Assembly (NCBI GenBank): GCA_043808545.1
Contig: JAZDEU010000058.1
Coordinates: 1-34,515, forward strand
DNA: 34,515 bases
Source of the DNA: a bacterium
Lineage (GTDB): Bacteria > Patescibacteriota > Patescibacteriia > JAZDEU01
Direction: 5' to 3'
The position numbers were made by a program, and so were the translations under genes. The notes beneath the pieces are model-generated. The model ran no database searches. It worked only from the letters and a program-made list of their open reading frames with translations, and was not told where the DNA came from. Positions 1 to 7,255 of the stretch are shown piece by piece. The first letter of the stretch is position 1. Every line of letters begins with the position of its first letter.

Positions 1-1251
1 ATTTTGCGCCTTGCCCGATACAAATTCTTTTGACGCCTCAATAAATAAAATATCTTTTTTATTTTCATTCGCTCCGCCCTTTTCCCTTGTTTTATCAATA
101 ATTAAAATAGCGACAGGAATACCAGTCGTCTGAAAAAGCCCTGCGGGAAGACCGATAACCGCGTCAATTATATTTTCTTCTAATAATGCTTGACGGATTT
201 TCCCCTCCGCTCCGCCACGAAAAAGAACTCCATGAGGAACGATTACCGCGGCACGTCCTGTTTTTGGTTTTACGATTTCCACCATATGGGAAATAAACGC
301 AAAATCGCCTTTGTCTTTCGGAGGAATACCTCGCCAAAAACGATTATACTTATCGCCCTCCGCATTTTCCGCACCCCATTTTTTTAAACTAAACGGGGGG
401 TTGGCAATCGCCAGATCAAACTTCATAAGCCTATCATTTTCCGTTAAAAGCGGATTATTAAGAGTATCTCCCCATTCAAGACGAGCGGAATCTTTGCCGT
501 GCAAAAACATATTCATACGCGCAAGCTGGTATGTTGAACCAGTTGATTCTTGCCCGTACAGCGCGTAATTTTTTGAACCCTGTTTTTCTATTTCTTCGCC
601 GGCAAGCAATAAAAGACATCCTGAACCACAGGCAGGATCGCAGATCCTATCCCCGTCTTTTGGCATAGCAAGTTTTGCGAGAAGTTTAGCAACGGATCGC
701 ACAGTAAAAAACTCTCCCGCTTTTTTACCCGCGTCTGATCCAAATCTCTCTATCATAAACATATAAGAATTTCCGATAATATCATCGTCAACATCGCTTA
801 AATCAATCTTATAAAAATCGTGAATTAAATGGCGAATCATTTTATTTCGTTGTTCCAGTTTTCCCAAAGTATTTTCTGAATTAAAATCAAGCGCGGTCAA
901 AATACCTTCTAATTTTTGTTTGTTATGATCCTCAATTTTCGCTAACGCCTTGTTTATCTCTTCGCCGATATTATCTTGCTCATTTATTTTATAAATATCA
1001 TCAAAAGAAGTTTTGGGCGGGAGATAAAAACGGTCTGTTTTCATTTTTTCCTGAATACGCGCCTCATCATCGCCAAATCTTTCTTTATACTTTTCATACT
1101 GCTTCTTTGAAAGATCGCTGAGATATTTATAAAAAAGCATTACCAAAACATAATTTTTATAAACCGCCGCGTCTAATGAAGCGCGCGACGAATCAGCCGC
1201 CTGCCAAAGAGTTTTATTAAGCTGTTCTTGCGTGATTTTTTGTGTTGTCAT
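1..1251 (-). CDS. hsdM: Type I R-M DNA methyltransferase subunit HsdM (N6-adenine); C-terminal part lies beyond the window start
   Basis: Absent from the ORF track because it has no stop in the window. Manual translation of the minus strand from ATG (1251..1249) appears open to position 1: MTTQKITQEQLNKTLWQAADSSRASLDAAVYKNYVLVMLFYKYLSD... It has the AdoMet-binding motif DPACGSGCLL and the catalytic motif LAIANPPFS (NPPF). Plus-strand ORFs 190..387 and 311..568 are antisense artefacts. Confidence 0.9.
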   Translation of the reverse strand, partial: MTTQKITQEQLNKTLWQAADSSRASLDAAVYKNYVLVMLFYKYLSDLSKKQYEKYKERFGDDEARIQEKMKTDRFYLPPKTSFDDIYKINEQDNIGEEINKALAKIEDHNKQKLEGILTALDFNSENTLGKLEQRNKMIRHLIHDFYKIDLSDVDDDIIGNSYMFMIERFGSDAGKKAGEFFTVRSVAKLLAKLAMPKDGDRICDPACGSGCLLLLAGEEIEKQGSKNYALYGQESTGSTYQLARMNMFLHGKDSARLEWGDTLNNPLLTENDRLMKFDLAIANPPFSLKKWGAENAEGDKYNRFWRGIPPKDKGDFAFISHMVEIVKPKTGRAAVIVPHGVLFRGGAEGKIRQALLEENIIDAVIGLPAGLFQTTGIPVAILIIDKTREKGGANENKKDILFIEASKEFVSGKAQN

Positions 1252-1257
1252 ATTTTT

Positions 1258-1837
1258 TTAAGTATTTATTAAATTATTTATAGCGCTATTGCTTATATTC
1301 TTAACCAAATCAATTTTTTTAGCCAGTAATTCTTGCTGTCGTTTGCTATTTTTATATAGCGCGATAATTTTGTCTTGAATTTCAAACTCGGGAATTTTTA
1401 TAATTATATCTTCTAAATCTTTTTTCAGAATTGTTTTTATTCCGCCCTCAGTCATTTTTTTTTTGAATTTCCTTTTGCCCATCAATTAAATTTAAGTATA
1501 TCATTAAATATTCAGATTTGATTTTAGTATCTTTTAGCCGTAATATATAAAGCGAGGAAGATGCAATAGTATTTTTTATTTCCGTGTTAATAATTCCAGC
1601 GCGAAAAATTCCTCTTGCTGTTATAAACACATCATTTTTTTGCGCCTTTGCGGTTGTGCGATAATCGCGGGAAGATATTTTAATAAGTTTTTCTTTTTGT
1701 ATATAGGTATCATCTATTATAACATTTTTTGCTTGAATGACAAAAATTTCACCATTTTTTTGTTCCTGTAGCGCGCTTCTAAAAGTATAACCAACAATTA
1801 CCTCCGCGATTTCTTTTAAATCTTTTTTATTTTTCAT
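1258..1837 (-). pseudogene. hsdS: Half-size (single target-recognition domain) Type I specificity subunit HsdS, frame broken at an A10 homopolymer
   Basis: Two overlapping minus-strand ORFs (1448..1855 and 1258..1485). The upstream part is one TRD (ATG at 1837: MKNKKDLKEIAEVIVGYTFRS...). The downstream part carries the conserved HsdS helical region (IPEFEIQDKIIALYKNSKRQQELLAKKIDLVKNI). The frames meet at the T10 run 1455..1464 (A10 on the coding strand). Deleting one base fuses them into a ~192-aa ORF. The gene lies directly upstream of hsdM. Confidence 0.7.
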
Positions 1838-1993
1838 ATTTACAGCATAGCGCAAAATTTTTTATTTGTCAATTTTTTATTTGCACACCACGCATTATTG
1901 CAGTTAAACCTTCGGAAAACTATAACCACCTTGTCAAACGGAAAAAGATATGATATAAATATAATAATAAAAATTATTATAAATTTGTGTTAT

Positions 1994-2027
1994 TTTGTAG
2001 GGGCGTATTGCAATACGCCCCTACAAA
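1994..2027. repeat. 34-bp perfect palindrome TTTGTAGGGGCGTATTG/CAATACGCCCCTACAAA (GTAG...CTAC REP-like family)
   Basis: Read directly: the left 17 nt are the exact reverse complement of the right 17 nt. It ends 12 nt before the rpmE ATG. Same architecture as 11734..11762 and 27343..27370. Confidence 0.9.
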
Positions 2028-2039
2028 TACTAAATTACT

Positions 2040-2366
2040 ATGAAAGACAATATCCACCCAAAATACAACCCAAAAGCTAAAGTTTCCTGCGTATGCGGAA
2101 ATAACTTTGAAGTCGGATCAACAGTTGACGAAATAAATGTTGAACTTTGTTCCAAATGCCATCCTTTTTATACAGGCAAACAAAAATTAGTTGACACCGC
2201 AAGACGAGTTGATAAATTTCAAAAGAAAGTCGCGGCGCAAAAAGAAGTTTCTCTTGTGCGAAAAGGGAAAAAAGCAAAAAAGACCGCTATCGCAACAGCT
2301 AAAAAAGAAGCTGAGACGGAAGCTGCTGTTGCTAAAGCTAAAAAAACTGCTAAGACTAAAAAATAA
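2040..2366 (+). CDS. rpmE: 50S ribosomal protein L31 (Zn-ribbon C+ type) with a Lys/Ala-rich C-terminal tail
   Basis: [28 protein letters not shown]...[13 protein letters not shown] matches the L31 signature including CxC...CxxC. The 108-aa length is due to a ~45-aa KA-rich extension. Confidence 0.93.
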   Translation: MKDNIHPKYNPKAKVSCVCGNNFEVGSTVDEINVELCSKCHPFYTGKQKLVDTARRVDKFQKKVAAQKEVSLVRKGKKAKKTAIATAKKEAETEAAVAKAKKTAKTKK

Positions 2367-2388
2367 TGTTCCTGAAGTTTATTATTTT

Positions 2389-2637
2389 AGCAAATGCTTT
2401 AGAAGTAAGGGCACGAACATCGCGCCCTGCCATATGGACATCACACTCCAAAACAGCGCTCCATAACTTATAAAAATTGCGACTGGCTTGTTTTTCGTTT
2501 AGAAAAATCCTCTATGTATCTACTGATACTTATGCGGTTTTTCTAAACTGCAAAACTTCGCCATTCATCAATTTTTATTAAGTTCTAAGCGCCATTTTGG
2601 AGTGTGATGTCCATAATAAAAACCTCTGGCATTTGCT
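2389..2637. repeat. Long imperfect inverted repeat (rod-like hairpin) filling the rpmE-prfA spacer
   Basis: Outer arms AGCAAATGC (2389..2397) / GCATTTGCT (2629..2637). Inner arms begin TATGGACATCACACTCCAAAA (2433..) / TTTTGGAGTGTGATGTCCATA (..2615) and continue imperfectly to an apex near 2508..2537. A degenerate copy of the fmt palindrome (GGGCACGAACATCGCGCCC) lies at 2408..2426. Confidence 0.8.
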
Positions 2638-2715
2638 AAGGGGTTTTTTGAATTACGCACATAGAGCAAAGAAAATTTTACCCCCTTTGGGAAAGGGGGG
2701 AAGCGCCATCACTAT

Positions 2716-3762
2716 ATGAAAGAAGAATATAAAAAAATTAAAGAAAAATTTATCGCGCTGGAAAATGATCTTCAAAATCCAGCTCTTATCAATGACAAAG
2801 GAAAATACATTAAAATATCCCAGGGATATAATGAGGCTAAAGAAATAAATGAAAAAATTTCTGAGTTAGAAAAAATTGAAGCGGCAATATCGGATAATAA
2901 TAAAATCTTAGAAGAAACTAATGAGGGAGAAATGAAAGAATTAGCGCAAGAAGAATTAGTAAATTTGAATGATAAAAAAAATACGGCAGAAAAAGAAATA
3001 AATATGCTTCTTTCCCCGCCTAACCCGCAAGATATAAAAAATGCTATAATAGAAATCAGGGGAGGAGCCGGAGGAGATGAGTCTGCATTATTTGCCGCTA
3101 ATCTTTTTAGAATGTATTCTATGTTTGCGGAAAAGAATGGATGGAAAATAAAAATTTTATCAAGCAATCGCACTGAAATTGGAGGATTTAAAGAAATAGT
3201 TTTTGAAATAACTGGTAAAAATGTCTATGGGACAATGAAATACGAAGGAGGCGTTCATCGTGTCCAAAGAACTCCTGAGACAGAAAAAAGCGGAAGAATT
3301 CATACTTCAACAGCGACAGTCGCGGTTATGCCTTCTGCGGAAGAAGTTGATTTTGAAATTAATCCAAGCGATTTAAGGATTGATACCTTTTGCGCTGGAG
3401 GACATGGAGGTCAAAGCGTTAATACGACATATTCTGCCGTACGAATAACGCATATTCCCACTAATACAGTTGTTAACTGCCAAGATGAAAGATCTCAAGT
3501 GCAAAATAGAGCTAAAGCTATGATGGTTTTACGCTCGCGCTTACTGGCGCTTGAGGAAGAAAGACGAGCAAAAGAAACAGGCAGCACGAGAAAAAGCCAA
3601 GTAGGAACAGGAGATCGCTCTGAAAAAATAAGAACTTATAACTTTCCCCAAGATCGCCTTACTGATCACAGGATTGGTATTTCTTGGCATAATCTTGATA
3701 AAATAATGGATGGCGAGATAGGGGAGATTATTGATGAGGTCAAAGCTGGGATGGAGAAATAA
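2716..3762 (+). CDS. prfA: Peptide chain release factor 1
   Basis: 348 aa. RF1-type PxT motif (here PET) in [20 protein letters not shown] motif in [12 protein letters not shown]. Collinear with bacterial RF1 throughout. Confidence 0.95.
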   Translation: MKEEYKKIKEKFIALENDLQNPALINDKGKYIKISQGYNEAKEINEKISELEKIEAAISDNNKILEETNEGEMKELAQEELVNLNDKKNTAEKEINMLLSPPNPQDIKNAIIEIRGGAGGDESALFAANLFRMYSMFAEKNGWKIKILSSNRTEIGGFKEIVFEITGKNVYGTMKYEGGVHRVQRTPETEKSGRIHTSTATVAVMPSAEEVDFEINPSDLRIDTFCAGGHGGQSVNTTYSAVRITHIPTNTVVNCQDERSQVQNRAKAMMVLRSRLLALEEERRAKETGSTRKSQVGTGDRSEKIRTYNFPQDRLTDHRIGISWHNLDKIMDGEIGEIIDEVKAGMEK

Positions 3763-3788
3763 AAAAATTATGACTTACGAGCTTTGGA

Positions 3789-3869
3789 TTTGTCATCCCG
3801 AGCGTAGCCGAGGGATCTGTAATTATTTAGATATATAAAAGATTCCTCCACTTCGGTCGGAATGACAAA
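3789..3869. repeat. GTCATYCCGA...GGRATC hairpin element (family copy 1)
   Basis: TTTGTCATCCCGAGCGTAGCCGAGGGATCT (3789..3818) pairs imperfectly with AGATTCCTCCACTTCGGTCGGAATGACAAA (3840..3869). Related to 23974..24099 and 26216..26307. Confidence 0.8.
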
Positions 3870-3901
3870 CAACTATGCAAATCATAAGATTATAATCTTA
3901 T

Positions 3902-5161
3902 ATGTCTAAATTTATAATAAACGGTCCGACAAAATTATCTGGAGAAATAGAAGTAAACGGCGCGAAAAATAACGCGCTTAAAATACTTCCAGCCGCTATT
4001 TTATCAGAAGAAACAATAACTATAAATAATCTGCCGAACATAGAAGATGTTGAACGAATGATAGAAATATTGGAAGATTTAGGAGCTGCGATAGAAAAAA
4101 AAGAAGAAAAAATTATTTCAATCTCAACAAAAAATATTAAAAAAACAGAAATTAACGACCTGCTCGCAAGAAAATTACGAGCGTCCATTCTTCTTATCGG
4201 ACCGCTACTCGCGCGTTTTAGAGAGGCGAAATTACCTCATCCTGGCGGATGTGTTATTGGAAAAAGACCGATTGATTTATTTTTAGAAGGATTTAAAGCT
4301 CTAGGAACAACCGTGGAAGAAAACTCAAAAGGCTTCATATTTAAAGCTAAAAATGGCTTAATAGGAAATAAAATATTCTTTCCAAAAATAAGTGTTACTG
4401 CGACTGAATGCCTTATGATGGCGGCTGTATTAGCGCGCGGAAAAACAGAACTGCATAATGCGGCAATGGAACCAGAAATCCCTGCGCTAGCTGAATATTT
4501 AAACAAGCAAGGAGCAAAAATAACTGGCGCTGGAACATCCGCAATAATAATAGAAGGAGTAGAAAAAATTACCGCAGGCGCTTATGATATAATTCCAGAT
4601 CGGATAGAGGCAGGAACATTTACCATAATGGGAATATTAACAAATAGTGAGATAAAAATAAAAAACTGCAACCCATCACATTTAGAATCTCTATTTGTTA
4701 AATTAAAACATATCGGCGCAGAGTTAGAAATAGGAGAAAACTATATTTTAACAAAAAAACATAACGGACTAAACGCTGCTGATCTGCAAACGCATGAATA
4801 TCCTGGATTTCCTACTGACTTGCAAGCTCCTTTCACTTTGCTTTTAACGCAAGCGCGGGGAATGAGTTTAGTGCACGAGACGGTTTTTGAAGGACGATTA
4901 TTCTACACTGACTTATTAGCAACGATGGGCGCGAATATAATAATGTGCGATCCGCATCGCGTTGTATTAAACGGACCGACAAAACTTTACGGAAAAAAAC
5001 TTATGAGTCCAGACTTGCGCGCTGGAATTACTATGGTTTTAGCTGGACTTATCGCAGAAGGAGAAACCGTAATTGAAAATGTTTATCAAATAAATAGAGG
5101 ATACGGAAACATAGACGAACGGCTTAAAGCGCTTGGCGCTGATATAAAAACTATAGAATAA
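3902..5161 (+). CDS. murA: UDP-N-acetylglucosamine 1-carboxyvinyltransferase
   Basis: 419 aa. Active-site Cys loop LPHPGGCVIGKRPID. Typical N-terminus IINGPTKLSGEIEVNGAKNNAL and C-terminal YQINRGYGNIDERLKALGADI. Confidence 0.95.
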   Translation: MSKFIINGPTKLSGEIEVNGAKNNALKILPAAILSEETITINNLPNIEDVERMIEILEDLGAAIEKKEEKIISISTKNIKKTEINDLLARKLRASILLIGPLLARFREAKLPHPGGCVIGKRPIDLFLEGFKALGTTVEENSKGFIFKAKNGLIGNKIFFPKISVTATECLMMAAVLARGKTELHNAAMEPEIPALAEYLNKQGAKITGAGTSAIIIEGVEKITAGAYDIIPDRIEAGTFTIMGILTNSEIKIKNCNPSHLESLFVKLKHIGAELEIGENYILTKKHNGLNAADLQTHEYPGFPTDLQAPFTLLLTQARGMSLVHETVFEGRLFYTDLLATMGANIIMCDPHRVVLNGPTKLYGKKLMSPDLRAGITMVLAGLIAEGETVIENVYQINRGYGNIDERLKALGADIKTIE

Positions 5162-5167
5162 TTTATT

Positions 5168-5347
5168 AGGCTTCAAGCAAAAATAACTTCCCTATATGGC
5201 GTTCTGTATGCGTTTAGATGCAATTTTTACGATTGAACAAAATTTGAGCCGTAGCCTAAGCTATGGTGATAATTTTGTGATTGAGTAAAAGTTGCAGATG
5301 AATGCATAATGGGCGTCAGACAGGGATTTTATTTTTGCTTGAAGCCT
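5168..5347 (+). repeat. 180-nt gapless rod hairpin (88-nt arms, CTAA loop) downstream of murA
   Basis: Arms 5168..5255 and 5260..5347 align without gaps. By hand count: 63 Watson-Crick pairs, 8 G-T pairs when read on the + strand, 1 A-C pair, 16 other mismatches. Confidence 0.85.
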
Positions 5348-5438
5348 TAGTTCCCAAGATGGCATTGGCGTGTTTTTATTATCACATCGCATAAACTGCA
5401 ATATTGTTTTTTATGCGAAAATAATTTATAAATAGTTT

Positions 5439-5462
5439 AGCTCGTTACTGGCGAGCTTTTTT
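5439..5462 (+). terminator. Rho-independent terminator candidate
   Basis: AGCTCG-TTACTGG-CGAGCT stem-loop followed by a T run (5457..5462). It lies after the murA 3' hairpin and immediately before the R-M island. Confidence 0.55.
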
Positions 5463-5479
5463 AATGCTAACTTTAGTAT
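5463..5479 (+). promoter_or_regulatory. C-box-like operator AATGCTAACTTTAGTAT upstream of the C/R operon
   Basis: 16/17 identical to AATGCTAACTATAGTAT at 7081..7097. Contains an ACTnTAGT dyad. Sits about 8 nt upstream of a TATAAT (5487..5492), i.e. over the -35 region. Confidence 0.55.
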
Positions 5480-5532
5480 GTAGCACTATAATTAGCAATA
5501 CTCTATACTATAGATAATATTACATTTATCTT

Positions 5533-5751
5533 ATGGATAAAACAACACTAGAAAAATTTGGAGAGAAAGTAAGAACGGAAAGATGCAAACTCGGTTTCTC
5601 ACAGGAAGAACTTGCGTCAAAAGCTGGAGTTCATCGTACTTATATTGGAATGATTGAAAGAGCTGAAAAAAACATCACTCTTGAAAGCATTCAAAAGATC
5701 GCGCGTGCCTTAAATTTGCCTTTAGAAAAATTAATGACTTTAGAAAAATAA
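5533..5751 (+). CDS. Controller (C) protein, XRE-family helix-turn-helix regulator of the R-M system
   Basis: 72 aa. HTH FSQEELASKAGVHRTYIGMIERAEKNITLESIQKIA. Ends 4 nt before the endonuclease ATG. Confidence 0.85.
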   Translation: MDKTTLEKFGEKVRTERCKLGFSQEELASKAGVHRTYIGMIERAEKNITLESIQKIARALNLPLEKLMTLEK

Positions 5752-5755
5752 ATAT

Positions 5756-6352
5756 ATGGGAACAAATGAATTAAGAAAAAGAAAAATTTGGCAAGATACC
5801 AGCGGGGGAAACGCTGGTATTGCAGAGAAGAAGTTTTACGAAATAATGCTACAAGAGTTTAAGGGCTCTAACTTTAGAATAAGATCAAAACCAAGAGAAT
5901 TTAAAGACATCTACTCAAAGATAAAATTAAGCAAAAAAGTGTTGGCAGATATTTATAGTCCCGATGAAACATGGATACATGGAGTAATTCCAGATTTTGC
6001 CATAGATAATATCAAAACCAAAAAAACACTATATGTAGAAGTCAAAAGGCAGGATGGATGGGTAGAAGGAAAACCTCGTAAGGCGGGTAGAGGAAATGCT
6101 CACGAGAGATCAAATAAATTCTTCACACCAGGACTTCTAAAAATATTAAAAGAGAGCGGAAAACTTGGTACCGATGTTTTACCATTCTGGGTTGTATTTC
6201 AAGGTGATATCGCGCGTGATCCAAAACATGTGAGAGAAATTACTTGTTGGTATAACGAGTATTCTGCCCATTTCTTTTTATGGCATGATTCAGCAGACGA
6301 TAAACCGCTGATTAATCATTTTAATAAAAAACTCAAACACTTGTTAATGTAA
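5756..6352 (+). CDS. Type II restriction endonuclease, EcoRI/MunI family (PD-ExK)
   Basis: 198 aa. Catalytic PD80...E95-V-K97 (IPDFAIDN...LYVEVKRQ) with D-to-E spacing of 15. Recognition-type motif GRGNAHERS (compare EcoRI GNAIER). Confidence 0.8.
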   Translation: MGTNELRKRKIWQDTSGGNAGIAEKKFYEIMLQEFKGSNFRIRSKPREFKDIYSKIKLSKKVLADIYSPDETWIHGVIPDFAIDNIKTKKTLYVEVKRQDGWVEGKPRKAGRGNAHERSNKFFTPGLLKILKESGKLGTDVLPFWVVFQGDIARDPKHVREITCWYNEYSAHFFLWHDSADDKPLINHFNKKLKHLLM

Positions 6353-7054
6353 AGCGTTCTCGTTGCTTTCCTTAAAAACATCTAGCCCCCACACTGACCA
6401 GCCTTTTGTTTTTCTTCTTGCAAATAACTCAATCCGTTCTTGACTTGGAAACATTTTTTCTATTGCCTGTATAACCTCTATCGGTTTTTCACTATGTTTC
6501 TTTCTAGGAGCTTTTATTAATTGTTGCACATTTCTTGCGCCTCTCGGTCTTGGTATTTTGCCATGCTTGAACACCAAACATAATTCGCAATTAGAAAGAG
6601 TATATTGTCCGGGATTATGATTCATTTTATCCCAAATAAATGCGATTGTTCTATATTCAAAACCCCACGCTTTTCCCAACTCCACCGCTTGAGTTAAATG
6701 TGGATTTGTTGTCCACATAAATAAAAGACAATCATCCTTTACGATTTCTTGAACTGGAAGTTTCATCAGCTCATTTGTTTTCAATGTAGGATATTTAAAT
6801 GATGCCGAACTAATGAATATTTTTCTTGACCAATCGATATTGTCCGCATCTTTACTGCTTTTATCAAATTGTAATTTTCCATTATAATCCCAAGGCGGAT
6901 CTGCATAAATTATATCAAATTTTTTATCTGGCAACTTGGGATATAAATCATCTAATGTATTTTGCTTTCTTCTATTTTTGGCTTCTATCTTATAAATAGA
7001 ATAACCAGTTTTTTTATCTGAAAAATTAAAAAGATTTTGTGATTGCTTTTTCAT
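6344..7054 (-). CDS. MT-A70 family (DPPW) DNA methyltransferase, cognate to the adjacent endonuclease
   Basis: 236 aa. FDIIYADPPWDY catalytic motif and C-terminal ERIELFARRKTKGWSVWG, typical of MT-A70. Convergent with the R gene; the 3' ends overlap by 9 bp (6344..6352). Confidence 0.85.
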   Translation of the reverse strand: MKKQSQNLFNFSDKKTGYSIYKIEAKNRRKQNTLDDLYPKLPDKKFDIIYADPPWDYNGKLQFDKSSKDADNIDWSRKIFISSASFKYPTLKTNELMKLPVQEIVKDDCLLFMWTTNPHLTQAVELGKAWGFEYRTIAFIWDKMNHNPGQYTLSNCELCLVFKHGKIPRPRGARNVQQLIKAPRKKHSEKPIEVIQAIEKMFPSQERIELFARRKTKGWSVWGLDVFKESNENALH

Positions 7055-7080
7055 AAAAATAATGTAATAAGATTTATTTA

Positions 7081-7121
7081 AATGCTAACTATAGTATACT
7101 CTCCTTTCTTAAATTGCGCAA
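7081..7121 (-). promoter_or_regulatory. Methyltransferase promoter (TTGCGC-17-TATACT on minus strand) with overlapping C-box-like motif
   Basis: On the minus strand: -35 TTGCGC (7121..7116), 17-nt spacer, -10 TATACT (7098..7093). Motif AATGCTAACTATAGTAT (7081..7097) overlaps the -10 and the expected start site. Confidence 0.45.
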
Positions 7122-7255
7122 GTGTATTAAAATATAAATAAAATATTTTAAACTTCAGGTATTCGCCCCATCCCCCATCGTAAAAATTGACTAAATATTT
7201 TTAATTGACCATAATTGGACATAGTTAAAATGTCCAATTAAATTTAACTAAATTT

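Noticed and set aside
190-568. Plus-strand ORFs 190..387 and 311..568
   Set aside because: They lie antisense to a continuous, motif-rich hsdM reading frame on the minus strand and have low-complexity, family-less translations.
2716-3762. Alternative genetic code (UGA recoding) suggested by CPR-like features
   Set aside because: All identified genes translate full length under the standard bacterial code and align collinearly with their families, so nothing requires recoding.
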